A DNA stretch of 37,760 bases from Candidatus Latescibacterota bacterium (GTDB taxonomy: Bacteria; Latescibacterota; UBA2968). The notes beneath the pieces were generated by a model. The model saw only the letters and a program-made list of their open reading frames with translations. It was not told the origin of the DNA and made no database searches. Made by a program: the position numbers and the translations under genes. Below, piece by piece: positions 1 to 9,616 of the stretch (position 1 is its first letter; every line of letters starts with the position of its first letter). The stretch is from NCBI GenBank assembly GCA_038279365.1, contig JAYODI010000059.1, positions 1 to 37,760 on the forward strand. The letters run 5' to 3'.

Positions 1-1469
1 CGGTCTTCGAGGGCTTTTTTTTCGTCTTCGGTGTAGACCTCATCGGTTATTGTGTCTGATGAGGGTGTGTGCGCCGTTTCACTCGATGCGGTTGTGCCAA
101 GGGCTGAGTGACCTTGCATATCGGTTGGAATGGGTATGTTTAAACTGGCCAGAACGGTGGGTGCTACATCGCGAATGTCTAAATGTGATGGGTTGCCTTG
201 GTGTATGCCATCATTTAAGATGAAGATACCGTGTTGGGCATGGTTGGCATCGTCTGGACCAATGTCATTTTCGAGGGTATGAATAGCATGATGGCCTACC
301 GAACCGATAGAGCGCCAGAGGAGGTCACCAAAATAAACAATGAGGTCTGGCGGAATGTTGTTGACGGTGTGATAAATATCTCCTGGCCTGAAGACTTGTG
401 TTGGAATGGGGTTACCTGCGATATCGGGAATTTGTTTGAGTTGTTCTGTTAGGGTGTTGAGACAGGTGTCGTATTCTGAGGGATCTACAAAGCCTTCGGG
501 TTCACGGCCCTTTACGTTTAGGAAGATACGTGCATAATACCCACCCGCACCCCAAGCGGTGGTTTTTGACCAATCGATATCTAAATTTTCAAAGGGTGTT
601 ATGGTCTCTGGCGTGGTTTTGAGTGTTAAATAACCGTTTTGGATCAGCCATTCGTTGATGCAAATGCCACCGTCGATGCGTTTGGCTCCATGATCGGAAA
701 CAATGAGAACGGTCGTGTCCTCGCCAGCCAATTTGATGAGGGATGCAATTTCGCCATCGAGGTATTTGTAATAGTCGCGAATGGCATGGATGAACTCGGA
801 ATTTGGATCGTATTTGCGGTGGGTGTCGTCGAGAAACCGCCAAAAGCCGTGGTGGATGCGGTCGGTGCCCATTTCGACATGCATACAAAAATCCCATTCG
901 CGGGTTTGCATGAGGTGGCGGGTGACGGTAAACCGTTTTTGGGTCATGTCGTAAATTTGTTGCAAAAGGCGCGGTTTGTCGTCGGTGCGAAAGTTGCGAA
1001 CGTCGATCATATAACCGTCTGCTACACGCTCAACTTCTTCTTTTAGGGCTATGGGATAGGTATAGGCACTGTCGTTGCTTGGGGTGAGAAATGAAGAAAT
1101 GAGACAGCCATTGACGGGGCGTGGGGGATAGGTTTGAGGCACCCCCACTAAGATGACTTTTTTGTCGTGGGCAGAGAGTATATCCCAAAGGGTATCGTCT
1201 TTAACCAAGCGGGCATTGGCGATATCCATTTGATCGTAGGAATAATTGGCGCGATTGCGCAGGCCATAAAAGCCCAATGTCCCAGGGTCTTTGCTGGTGA
1301 CCATGCTCATCCAGGCGGGCACGGTAATGGCTGGGATGGTGCTTTTGAGAGGCCCGTAAAGACCATTTTCGACGAGTGACCGGATGGTGGGCAGGTCGTT
1401 TTTAAATCGGTCAAAAATGAGTTCGGGGGGGGCGCAATCTAACCCAATGACTAACACACGACGGCTCAC
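1..1469 (-). CDS. Alkaline-phosphatase-superfamily phosphodiesterase / nucleotide pyrophosphatase (3' end runs off the window)
   Basis: Not in the ORF track; translated by hand from GTG at 1469 (AGGGAG RBS upstream). Sequence MSRRVLVIGLDCAPPELIF...STIPAITVPAWMSMVTSKDPG...GTDRIHHGFW...IVSDHG...DDANHAQHGIF...IRDVAPTVL...EDEKKALEDR contains AlkP metal-binding motifs; frame is open to position 1. Confidence 0.9.
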   Translation of the reverse strand, partial: MSRRVLVIGLDCAPPELIFDRFKNDLPTIRSLVENGLYGPLKSTIPAITVPAWMSMVTSKDPGTLGFYGLRNRANYSYDQMDIANARLVKDDTLWDILSAHDKKVILVGVPQTYPPRPVNGCLISSFLTPSNDSAYTYPIALKEEVERVADGYMIDVRNFRTDDKPRLLQQIYDMTQKRFTVTRHLMQTREWDFCMHVEMGTDRIHHGFWRFLDDTHRKYDPNSEFIHAIRDYYKYLDGEIASLIKLAGEDTTVLIVSDHGAKRIDGGICINEWLIQNGYLTLKTTPETITPFENLDIDWSKTTAWGAGGYYARIFLNVKGREPEGFVDPSEYDTCLNTLTEQLKQIPDIAGNPIPTQVFRPGDIYHTVNNIPPDLIVYFGDLLWRSIGSVGHHAIHTLENDIGPDDANHAQHGIFILNDGIHQGNPSHLDIRDVAPTVLASLNIPIPTDMQGHSALGTTASSETAHTPSSDTITDEVYTEDEKKALED

Positions 1470-1528
1470 GAATTCTCCCTACTGCTTTAAGACTTTGTAT
1501 AACAAAAATGAAACGGTTAATGTGTGAC

Positions 1529-2470
1529 TTATTGTTTTTTGCGTATGGCGCGATACCATTCAACGCTTAAACGCAGGCCCACTTCAGCGGAAACGAGCGG
1601 ATTGTAGTTGAGGATATCGCGTGCTTTTTGAATGTCGGCTTGAGAGTGTTTGACATCGCCAGAGCGTGATGGACCATAAATCACTTCGGTATCATTTTCT
1701 GTAAAGGTGCGGATATGATTGAGCATTTGATTGAGCGTCATGCGTGCACCACAGGCAATGTTGAAAACTTCTCCAGCGGCTTTGGGCGCGGTTGCGGCGA
1801 GAATATTGGCCTGTACAACATTGTCTATAAATGTAAAATCGCGCGATTGTTCGCCGTCTCCATTGACAGTGATTTGTGAGCCGTCTAAAAATGCTGAAAT
1901 AAAGAGAGGTACCACGGCGGCATATTGCGATTGTGGATCTTGTCCACAGCCAAAAACATTAAAATAACGCAAACTCACGGTTTCCAAACCATAGGTGCGG
2001 GTAAATACTTGACAGTATTTTTCGCCCGCCAATTTGGCAACGGCATAAGGTGATATGGGTTGGGGTGTCATCTCTTCTTGTTTGGGCAGGGCAGGGTTTT
2101 CGCCATAGATTGAAGAGGATGATGCATAGGTGACTCTGCGGACACCTGTGTCACGTGCGGCGTTGAGAATGTTGAGTGTGCCTTCTACATTGACCTGGTT
2201 AGAGGTAATGGGGTCGTGAATAGAGCGGGGAACGGAAGGCAATGCGCCTTGATGGAAGATCACTTCGATATCGCGGGCGGCTTCGTGGACAATGTGATAA
2301 CTGCGAATATCGCCTTCAATGAGATCAATTCGGTCTTGAAATGGGCCGAGGTTTTCGCGTTTGCCAGTAGAAAAATTATCGAGCACCCGTACGGCGTGGC
2401 CTTGGTCGAGGAGGGTTTTGACCAGATTAGAACCAATGAATCCGGCACCACCTGTGACGAGACAGTTCAT
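1529..2470 (-). CDS. NAD-dependent nucleotide-sugar epimerase (extended SDR; UDP-Glc/GlcNAc 4-epimerase-like)
   Basis: TGGAGFIGS Rossmann motif, ASSSSIYG, YAVAK (YxxxK), LRYFNVFG, GDGEQSRDF. Confidence 0.93.
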   Translation of the reverse strand: MNCLVTGGAGFIGSNLVKTLLDQGHAVRVLDNFSTGKRENLGPFQDRIDLIEGDIRSYHIVHEAARDIEVIFHQGALPSVPRSIHDPITSNQVNVEGTLNILNAARDTGVRRVTYASSSSIYGENPALPKQEEMTPQPISPYAVAKLAGEKYCQVFTRTYGLETVSLRYFNVFGCGQDPQSQYAAVVPLFISAFLDGSQITVNGDGEQSRDFTFIDNVVQANILAATAPKAAGEVFNIACGARMTLNQMLNHIRTFTENDTEVIYGPSRSGDVKHSQADIQKARDILNYNPLVSAEVGLRLSVEWYRAIRKKQ

Positions 2471-2551
2471 GAGAGATCCTTTTGTGGATGATGTTTGTTT
2501 TATTTCGTCTAAATAAGGAACTTGGTCAATGATAAAATCAGCAGGAAGAGG

Positions 2552-2806
2552 TTATGCACTTGTGAGTACGGCATCACTTTTGGAAGCATAACTGGGTACT
2601 GTTTTGGGGCGGGGTGTCACTTTGGGAATGGCTGTAGTGGTTTTGGCTATGGGTTTTGGCACCACAGGCACGTGGGATGGGGGGGCCTGGGGTGAAAGAG
2701 GTTGTTGCCAGCGTTTGGTGCGTTGGTTTTGATATTCTAAAACAACGAGACAGAGTACGCCCAATACAAAGATTGAGAAAAGCACAAATGCTAAGAAGAT
2801 TTCCAT
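2552..2806 (-). CDS. Small single-pass membrane protein with Pro/Thr/Lys-rich tail
   Basis: N-terminal hydrophobic helix; GAAGGA RBS upstream of the ATG. Confidence 0.7.
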   Translation of the reverse strand: MEIFLAFVLFSIFVLGVLCLVVLEYQNQRTKRWQQPLSPQAPPSHVPVVPKPIAKTTTAIPKVTPRPKTVPSYASKSDAVLTSA

Positions 2807-2871
2807 GTCTGTTCCTTCTTTAAATCGGACACTTGGGGGAGAACTTAAGTGTTTTGTTGTCTTTGATTTAA

Positions 2872-2887
2872 AGCAAGGATGATGCCG
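2872..2887 (-). promoter_or_regulatory. Candidate sigma-54 (-24/-12) promoter
   Basis: Minus strand CGGCATCATCCTTGCT = GG-N10-GC with GGCA and TTGC, ~65 nt upstream of the 2806 start; AT-rich tract further upstream. Confidence 0.55.
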
Positions 2888-3006
2888 ACGCGTGATATGT
2901 TTGCATATGTGTTTTATTTATAAATATTTATAAATTTAGAATTGCTTTTGGAAATGAAATTGAATGGGTATTAATTTCCGCTTTGCAAGCAAGCCTGGGC
3001 CATAAA

Positions 3007-3052
3007 AATAAAAAAATCTGCCAATGAATGTGTATTGGCAGATTTTTTTATT
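3007..3052 (-). terminator. Intrinsic terminator (potentially bidirectional)
   Basis: Perfect inverted repeat aataaaaaaatctgccaat / attggcagatttttttatt downstream of the DSD1-family gene. Confidence 0.8.
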
Positions 3053-3084
3053 GGATAAATAATGTAACAATTGCTGGGGTTTGT

Positions 3085-4182
3085 TTATTGTTTTTTATCG
3101 CGGGCAAGAATATCCCATACGGTTTCGACAACATTGTTGCGAATGCCATAGATGCGGTCGTGTAAAAAAACGGTCATATCGCTGTAACCAGAGATCAGTT
3201 CGAGTGTGTCTCCAATTTTGATGGCAGGCGATGGGTTGTCCAGTTTTAAGGTGGCATGTTCTGCGGATAAACCTGTGACGGTGATGCCTGAATGGCCTTT
3301 GACTTCTGGCATCGAAAATTGGCTGCTGGTGGTTTTTCTGCCGGCATCGGTTATGGCTCGGTGCGGGGCTGGATGGCTAAGAACGGTGGTAAGAATGGTT
3401 AAGGCTTGGCCCAAACCAGTTACATGGAGGTCGTTTTTATAGAAAGTGTCCATGAAAATGCCTCCACCGGCTTGTATTTCCGTAATGCCAGCTTGATCGG
3501 GCGTAAAGGCCAGTGTGCCTGTGCCCCCTGCACTCACAATGTCTACTTTGAGGCCTTCTTTTTCGATAAGGGTTTTTGTTTGGGCAAGATGTGCAATGGC
3601 TTCGCGGCAGGATTTTTCCTTTTCGAGATCGGGTAGAGCCATGGCATGGCCTTCATAGCCCATGATGCCAGCAAATGCAACACCTGGTGCAGCATCGGCT
3701 TGTTGGGCCAATGCAAGAGCGGGTTTGCCAGGGGCAACACCACAACGGTCCATGCCAATATTGACCTCAACCAGAATGGGCACTGTGGTATTGGCTTTTT
3801 GAGCGGCATCAGAGATGGATTGAATATGGAAGGGGTCATCAACGGCCACCATCACATGGGCTTGGCGTTGGAGGTGGGCAAGGCGGGTAACTTTTTGGTG
3901 TCCAACGACTTGATTGGCCACGAGAATGTCTCGAATGCCTGAGGCGGCCATAATTTCGGCTTCGCCAAGTTTGGCACAAGTGATGCCCAATGCGCCTGCC
4001 TGGATTTGTTTGTGTGCAATGGCAGGGGTTTTGTGCCCTTTGCTGTGAGGGCGCCATTCCAGACCGTTTTTTTTGCAACGTTCTGCCATAAGGCGCATGT
4101 TGTTTTCCATCATATCGAGATCAACGAGCAAGGCTGGGGTATCGAGATCCCATTTTGAGATGCCGATGGGTGAGTAGGACAT
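3085..4182 (-). CDS. DSD1-family PLP-dependent enzyme (D-threonine aldolase / D-serine dehydratase-like, alanine racemase fold)
   Basis: LDTPALLVD, WRPHSKGHK (PLP lysine), GMDRCGV, MGYEGH, SAGGTGT, DAGRK, LSAEH; start moved to MSYSPIG on a GGAG RBS. Confidence 0.9.
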   Translation of the reverse strand: MSYSPIGISKWDLDTPALLVDLDMMENNMRLMAERCKKNGLEWRPHSKGHKTPAIAHKQIQAGALGITCAKLGEAEIMAASGIRDILVANQVVGHQKVTRLAHLQRQAHVMVAVDDPFHIQSISDAAQKANTTVPILVEVNIGMDRCGVAPGKPALALAQQADAAPGVAFAGIMGYEGHAMALPDLEKEKSCREAIAHLAQTKTLIEKEGLKVDIVSAGGTGTLAFTPDQAGITEIQAGGGIFMDTFYKNDLHVTGLGQALTILTTVLSHPAPHRAITDAGRKTTSSQFSMPEVKGHSGITVTGLSAEHATLKLDNPSPAIKIGDTLELISGYSDMTVFLHDRIYGIRNNVVETVWDILARDKKQ

Positions 4183-4296
4183 GGTGGCTCCATAAAAGCA
4201 AATAAATACGATCGGATTGTGAAGGTTCGGCTGAATATCATAAAAGGGGTTGGCGCAGGAAAGCGTCAACCCCTTTTTGCTTTAAATCAAAATGGT

Positions 4297-5307
4297 TTAT
4301 ACCAAATGTGGGTTGCTGGCGCCCCATTCGGAAAGTGGAGGAAGGATGCCGGCTTCGATAACGGCCTCGCGCAGTGCCACAACGTGTTTGTAGGACTCTT
4401 TGAGGGCATTGATATCGTCTTCTGTGCCTTCGGGCATGGTGTAGGTAACACCCTTGCTGGATAACGTGGCGGGCATACCCATCATGATGTGGTTCATGCC
4501 GTGGCTGTTGACGTAGGCACCGCTTGGCCACTCGTAAGATTCTCCCAAAACACCACGCAACATAAACACACTTTGTTGAGCAGGTGATTGGAATGAGGAG
4601 CGACCGCGCAGCTCGATAATGCGTGCGCCACCTCCTCGCACGTGGGCTTGTACATTTGCCCATTCTTCGGCGCTCATGCCAATGCCATTGGCTGTTTTGC
4701 CGTTGAGCACATCTTCGAGGGAAACACCATCAATTTTGATGCCACCTTTAAAGACCGCCATTTGTTCACCATGACCACCATAAGTGCGACACCCAGTCAC
4801 TTTGCTTTGTAAGACGTTGAAGTGTTGGGCAAGTTTGGTTTGTAGGCGCGTGCTGTCGAGGGCGGCAAGTGTTGAAATGCGGCTGGGTTCGAGGCCTGAG
4901 TGCACCAATGTGGTGAGGCCTGTAATATCGGCAGGATTAAAGATGATGATCCCAAACTTAAGCTCGGGGCAATATTTTTTGATATCGAGGCCCAATTGTT
5001 TGGCTATTTGGGCATTGTCGCGTAACAAATCTTCGCGTGTCATGCCCTCTTTGCGAGGGGCCCCCCCTGAACTGATAATGTAAGACGCACCGCTGAGGGC
5101 TTCGCCAATATCGGTTGAGTAGGTGATGTTGGCATTTGGAAAACCACAATGAAACAATTCTTCTGCGGTGCCTTCGAGTCCTTTGGCAAATGGATCATAC
5201 ATGCCAACGGTGGAGGTGGTACCTGAGGCCAACAGGGTTTGTGCGAGATTTGAGCCAATAGCACCTGCTGCGCCCAAGACAACTACTTTTTCGTCGGTAA
5301 GATACAT
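4297..5307 (-). CDS. mdh: Malate dehydrogenase
   Basis: GAAGAIG, GAPRKEGMTREDLL substrate loop (Arg = MDH specificity), FNPAD, LDSTR, GGHGE. Confidence 0.9.
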   Translation of the reverse strand: MYLTDEKVVVLGAAGAIGSNLAQTLLASGTTSTVGMYDPFAKGLEGTAEELFHCGFPNANITYSTDIGEALSGASYIISSGGAPRKEGMTREDLLRDNAQIAKQLGLDIKKYCPELKFGIIIFNPADITGLTTLVHSGLEPSRISTLAALDSTRLQTKLAQHFNVLQSKVTGCRTYGGHGEQMAVFKGGIKIDGVSLEDVLNGKTANGIGMSAEEWANVQAHVRGGGARIIELRGRSSFQSPAQQSVFMLRGVLGESYEWPSGAYVNSHGMNHIMMGMPATLSSKGVTYTMPEGTEDDINALKESYKHVVALREAVIEAGILPPLSEWGASNPHLV

Positions 5308-5347
5308 ACCAGTTCCTCGGCTATATTAATGTTAAACACATGTTGAC

Positions 5348-5375
5348 GGGGCGAATCTTTACGATTCGCCCCTAC
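5348..5375 (-). repeat. GTAG-type REP-like palindrome / terminator-like hairpin
   Basis: Minus strand GTAGGGGCGAATC-gtaaa-GATTCGCCCC: 10-bp perfect stem preceded by GTA(G). Confidence 0.5.
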
Positions 5376-5407
5376 GGTTAAGGCCAGATTAGAATAGGTT
5401 GGATTTG

Positions 5408-6619
5408 TTATTGGTCACCTTGCTGTTTCTTGAGTTCTTCAAACATTTGATAGGCTTCGGTCGCTTTTTTAACTGCGTCGGAGGCCTCTTTGCCTGTGGC
5501 ACTTTCAGATTTTTTTGCATAGGCTCGAGAAAGTGCACCCCAGGCACGAAAATTGGCAGGTTGCAATTCTGTTACTTTGACATAGGCTGAAATGGCGTTG
5601 TCGTAATTTTCGAGTTTGGTATGTACATCGCCCAGTTGATACCAAGCATCGCCATCGTTGGGGTTGGCATCGACACTTTTTTGATAAAGTGCAACGGCCT
5701 TGTCGGGTTTGCCCATTTTGTTATATGCAATGGCCAAGTTAAAAGCGGCATTTTCATCTTCTGGGTTGAGTTCGAGAACTTTTTCTAATATTTCAGCAGA
5801 CTTTTCAAAATTTTGAGCTGTTAAGAAAATTTGTGCGGCAATGTTGAGCACGGTTGGGTTTTTGGGATCGACAGCCAAGGCTTTTTCGGCGGCTTCGCCA
5901 GCAGCGGCATTATCGCCTTGTCGATTGGATAGCAGGGCCATTTGTTGCAAAATTTGCAGGTCTTTGGGTTCAATTTCGTGACCCTTTTTGAGCAAATCGA
6001 GTGCTTCTTTTTGGCTTTCTAAGGTGCCTTGGTTGGTGAGGGCCACGCTGAGATTGTAATAAGACTGTGCCTTTTTGGGGTTTCTTTTGATGGCTTCGCG
6101 ATAGGCTTGAATACCTTCTTCTGCCATATCTGTTTGTAAATAGGCAATGCCCAGACCTTCGTAGGCATCGGCTTCTTTGGCGTTCACTTTGATGGCGGTG
6201 TTAAATTGCTCAATGGCAAATTCGTTTTTTTGTGCATTGAGTGCTTGCACGCCAATGTTATAGTGTTGCCGCCAAAGTTCGATGCGCTCGGCTTCGACTT
6301 GTTTGAGCCATTTTTTGGCTTTGGGGCTGTTTTCGATGACCTCAAAATGCTTGTTCATTTCATCGTATTTTTCTTTGCGGCTGTAAATGGAGCCAATGTT
6401 ATAATGTGACTCATAATCGTCTGGGCGGCCTTCTACGGCAATGAGTAATTGATCTAAGGCTTTGTCATATTGCCGTGATTGCAAATAGACTTTGGCCGAG
6501 CGTTTGGCGATTGAGGCTTCACCTTTTGAAACGGCTTGTGCTGGTACAACTGCGATGGAACTGGTGAGACCAAACAGGATGGAACACATCCAGATTGTTT
6601 TTCTGATGGTCTTTTTCAT
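5408..6619 (-). CDS. Exported tetratricopeptide-repeat protein
   Basis: Signal peptide MKKTIRK...AQA, multiple TPR motifs (AYEGLGIAY, SYYNLSVAL, AAFNLAIAY, AWYQLGDVH); AAGGAG RBS supports start at 6619. Confidence 0.88.
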   Translation of the reverse strand: MKKTIRKTIWMCSILFGLTSSIAVVPAQAVSKGEASIAKRSAKVYLQSRQYDKALDQLLIAVEGRPDDYESHYNIGSIYSRKEKYDEMNKHFEVIENSPKAKKWLKQVEAERIELWRQHYNIGVQALNAQKNEFAIEQFNTAIKVNAKEADAYEGLGIAYLQTDMAEEGIQAYREAIKRNPKKAQSYYNLSVALTNQGTLESQKEALDLLKKGHEIEPKDLQILQQMALLSNRQGDNAAAGEAAEKALAVDPKNPTVLNIAAQIFLTAQNFEKSAEILEKVLELNPEDENAAFNLAIAYNKMGKPDKAVALYQKSVDANPNDGDAWYQLGDVHTKLENYDNAISAYVKVTELQPANFRAWGALSRAYAKKSESATGKEASDAVKKATEAYQMFEELKKQQGDQ

Positions 6620-6697
6620 GCAGCGACTCCTTTCGAAGGCACTACCGGATATTCTCCCGGCGGCGTAATTGTTTAGGCACTTAAAATATGAGGATTC

Positions 6698-6726
6698 AAT
6701 ATAGGGGTCTGATATTCTCCTGTCAA
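6698..6726 (-). promoter_or_regulatory. Sigma-70 promoter of the TPR gene
   Basis: TTGACA-N17-TATATT. Confidence 0.65.
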
Positions 6727-6921
6727 GTGTCAACCGGTTGTTATGTTTTTGAACGGAGGCACGTTCAAAAATGTTCCGACTTTTTTTTTGTGCTATTTTA
6801 TAACATTCAAATAATTATTGGTTTATGTGCAAATGTAAAGGGTTTGGGGGGTGAGGTATGTCTGAGATGGTGTATGGGAAAGGTTTGGTTTGTTGGGAAT
6901 GAACCGAAGTGGTAAGGATAG

Positions 6922-6950
6922 AAAAAGGGGTGCCTCTTGGCCACCCCTTT
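6922..6950 (-). terminator. Intrinsic terminator
   Basis: aaaggggtg / caccccttt stem with U-tract on the minus strand, just after the tautomerase gene. Confidence 0.7.
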
Positions 6951-6973
6951 GGATTTGAGAACGTGAATAGATT

Positions 6974-7159
6974 TTATTGTTCGGAAAGAAACTTTCCACC
7001 ACGGGCCCAGTGGTCGCGAGGGATATCTTCAACAACAACCATGGTAGAGTCGGGGTTGGCTTTACATATGTCAACCAAAGCGTTTGTGATGGCTTCGACG
7101 AGTTGTTTTTTTTGCTCGTGTGTGCGTCCTTCGAGCATTTTGACATTAACAAAAGGCAT
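6974..7159 (-). CDS. 4-oxalocrotonate tautomerase family protein
   Basis: 61 aa, catalytic Pro after Met, EGRTHEQKKQL, HWARGG; AGGAG RBS. Confidence 0.92.
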   Translation of the reverse strand: MPFVNVKMLEGRTHEQKKQLVEAITNALVDICKANPDSTMVVVEDIPRDHWARGGKFLSEQ

Positions 7160-7187
7160 GCAAAACTCCTGATCTTTTTAGGTGCTA

Positions 7188-8495
7188 TTAGAATGAAAAG
7201 GAAATGGGTGGTAACTGAGGGATGGCAGGTTTGTTTGCACCAAATGTAAAGGCTACAGGCAGATTAAGCCCGCGAATGCTGCCAAGTGCTTGGTTGCTCA
7301 CAAGATCAACGATGAAAACCTGAAGGTTACCGGTGGCTTGATCGGATAACAATTCTACACCCGCGACATAAGCCGTTTTGCCGTCTGGGGTAACGCCCAT
7401 GTTGGCAACCAACTCGCCCGCTTTAATTTCGGCGACTTGTGTGAAGGTTTGTGTGTCGATAACAACAATGCCCCCCCAAGATATGTTTACGGGGGCACCC
7501 GTGGGATCAAACCCTGTGGATAGACGCCAAACAGCGGCATATAAACGATTGCCGTCTGGAGACAGGCTGATATCGTAAACCCGGACCAACAAATCTCCTG
7601 CTTGACCGACTTGGATACTTTTTTCAATGGTTTTGGTTTGGGTGTTGAGCGCTTGAATCAGGTTTCCACCCGTGTTGTTGAGATAAAGCTGGTTGCCATT
7701 ACTGGATATGGCAAGGCGTGTAATACTTGTATTTACGGGAATGGTTTCTAAGAGGGTACGGTTTTGGGTATCTAAGACAGTGATGTTTCTTGTGCCATCG
7801 CCATGGGCCACATAAGCACGGGTGCCATCTGGGGAAAGCACAATACCACTGGGGGTTAGACCTACGGGGATTTGCGTGATGGTTGTACCTTTTGCCACAT
7901 CAAAAACTTCGACCCAACTGGCTCCTTCTTCTGTGACATAGGCTGTGTTTTGATCACTGGAAAGCGCCACGCGAAAACCACCACGGCTTTCGAGGCCTCC
8001 ACTGGGGAGAAAGGTGGGGTCTAAAGGAATGGTGAATGCTCTTGTGTTGTTTGTTTTGTTAAAGGCATAAAATGTGTCGATGGCAGATATATAAATGCGA
8101 CTGCTTGAGAGCGCAATGCCACGAGGTTGGGATACGAGGAGGGTGCGTGAAGGATCGAGCAAGTTGGTGGCGGTATTGACAACTTCGACACGCCCACCTG
8201 TGACATCGGCAATGTAGAGCAATACCTCTTGGGGATCGTTGGGAGATTTGCCAAAGCTTTGGGCAAAAACGAGAAAGTCGGGAAAGTCGATGGTGCCGTT
8301 GCCTGAAAAGTCTAAACGGGCATCGAACCCGACATCGCTTGTTGATTTGCCAAACCCGCCTGCAAAAATGAGAAAGTCGGGAAAGTCAACCCGACCACTG
8401 CCGTCAAAGTCGGCGGCTTCGATGTTGGTTTGCTGAGCATATGTTATATGGGCACTGGCAAGGAGCATACACAACGCGATCACAACTTTATTCAT
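7188..8495 (-). CDS. Secreted protein: N-terminal EF-hand/dockerin-like pair plus YVTN/YncE-type beta-propeller
   Basis: Signal peptide; DFDGSGRVDFPDFLIFAGGFG and DFSGNGTIDFPDFLVFAQSFG; repeats such as IPVGLTPSGIVLSPDGTRAYV. Confidence 0.85.
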   Translation of the reverse strand: MNKVVIALCMLLASAHITYAQQTNIEAADFDGSGRVDFPDFLIFAGGFGKSTSDVGFDARLDFSGNGTIDFPDFLVFAQSFGKSPNDPQEVLLYIADVTGGRVEVVNTATNLLDPSRTLLVSQPRGIALSSSRIYISAIDTFYAFNKTNNTRAFTIPLDPTFLPSGGLESRGGFRVALSSDQNTAYVTEEGASWVEVFDVAKGTTITQIPVGLTPSGIVLSPDGTRAYVAHGDGTRNITVLDTQNRTLLETIPVNTSITRLAISSNGNQLYLNNTGGNLIQALNTQTKTIEKSIQVGQAGDLLVRVYDISLSPDGNRLYAAVWRLSTGFDPTGAPVNISWGGIVVIDTQTFTQVAEIKAGELVANMGVTPDGKTAYVAGVELLSDQATGNLQVFIVDLVSNQALGSIRGLNLPVAFTFGANKPAIPQLPPISFSF

Positions 8496-8566
8496 GCACT
8501 TCCCTCCAAATCAAGTGGTCTGCGTGTGGCAGTTGGTTTTGATCTGCTTTGATCTCACGGTTTGTT

Positions 8567-8595
8567 ATGATACGTCTCACATTTGACCGTGTCAA
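8567..8595 (-). promoter_or_regulatory. Sigma-70 promoter of the propeller gene
   Basis: TTGACA-N17-TATCAT. Confidence 0.65.
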
Positions 8596-8749
8596 TGTCA
8601 TTTCAAAACGAGAAGACTGCCGATTGGTTATAAAACGCGCGGATAAAAAAACGGTTCCTTATTCGAAAATTTAGGATGGCTAAAATAAAATAAAAGTGAT
8701 ATGTTAGAGCGTTCTGTTTTGTATTTTAAATCATGTTTGGAGAGTAAAA

Positions 8750-9532
8750 ATGATTCCTGATTACCCCATGTATTTTTGGATGATTGCAAGTGTTGCAGTG
8801 GTTTTTGTAGGTATTGCGAAGGCAGGTTTTGGTGGTGGGGTGGGCATTGTGGCTACGCCACTGTTGGCTTTGGTGATTTCTGTATCTGATGCGGCGGCTA
8901 TTTTGTTGCCGTTGTTGATTGTGTGCGATGTCTTTGCAGTGTGGCATTATCGCACAGGTTTTCATCGGCGCAGTATCAAGTTGATGTTGCCGGGGGCCAT
9001 TTTGGGCATTGGTGTTGGTGCTTTTTTCTTTGGCTATTTTAGCCAAAATGAGCGTGTGTTGCAGATGGGATTGGGCGTGTTGTGTTTGGTGTTTGTGTTG
9101 TTTCAGGCCACGCGGGCTATGATTATGGGCGTGTTGACCAAGCGTCATCCTCATGGTGCTGAAGGTGTGTTGATGGGGGCAGTGGCAGGGTTTACCTCAA
9201 CATTGGCACACGCGGGTGGTCCACCTGCTACCATATATTTGTTGCCACAACAATTGGAGCGGCGTTTGTTTGTGGGAACTACGGTGATCTTTTTTGCGGC
9301 GATTAATCAAATTAAACTGATTCCGTATTTGGGTTTGCACATTTTGGGTATGGAACATTTGGTAACGATTGCCATTTTGTCTCCTCTGAGTTTTTTGGGA
9401 GTGAAGTTGGGCATTTTTTTAAATCAGCGATTCACAGATTTGTGGTTTAATCGGGTGGTTTATGGGATTTTATTTGTTTCGGGAATTCAGCTGATTATCG
9501 GGAAAAGTTTGCTTTTGTGGCTGGTGGGATAA
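8750..9532 (+). CDS. TauE/SafE (sulfite exporter) family membrane protein
   Basis: GIAKAGFGGG, GFTSTLAHAGGPP, FFAAINQIKLIPY; multiple TM helices. Confidence 0.88.
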   Translation: MIPDYPMYFWMIASVAVVFVGIAKAGFGGGVGIVATPLLALVISVSDAAAILLPLLIVCDVFAVWHYRTGFHRRSIKLMLPGAILGIGVGAFFFGYFSQNERVLQMGLGVLCLVFVLFQATRAMIMGVLTKRHPHGAEGVLMGAVAGFTSTLAHAGGPPATIYLLPQQLERRLFVGTTVIFFAAINQIKLIPYLGLHILGMEHLVTIAILSPLSFLGVKLGIFLNQRFTDLWFNRVVYGILFVSGIQLIIGKSLLLWLVG

Positions 9533-9616
9533 AGGGCATTTCGCGGATACTGAGAATGCCAGATGGGATAAGTTGGGGTATAAGCGTGCGCATTTTATTA
9601 GAGATGAAGGTACTTT

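Noticed and set aside
231-1379. Short ORFs in the track (231-452, 589-897, 639-1046, 644-880, 1167-1379)
   Set aside because: Shadows of the minus-strand phosphodiesterase gene (1-1469) that the track missed.
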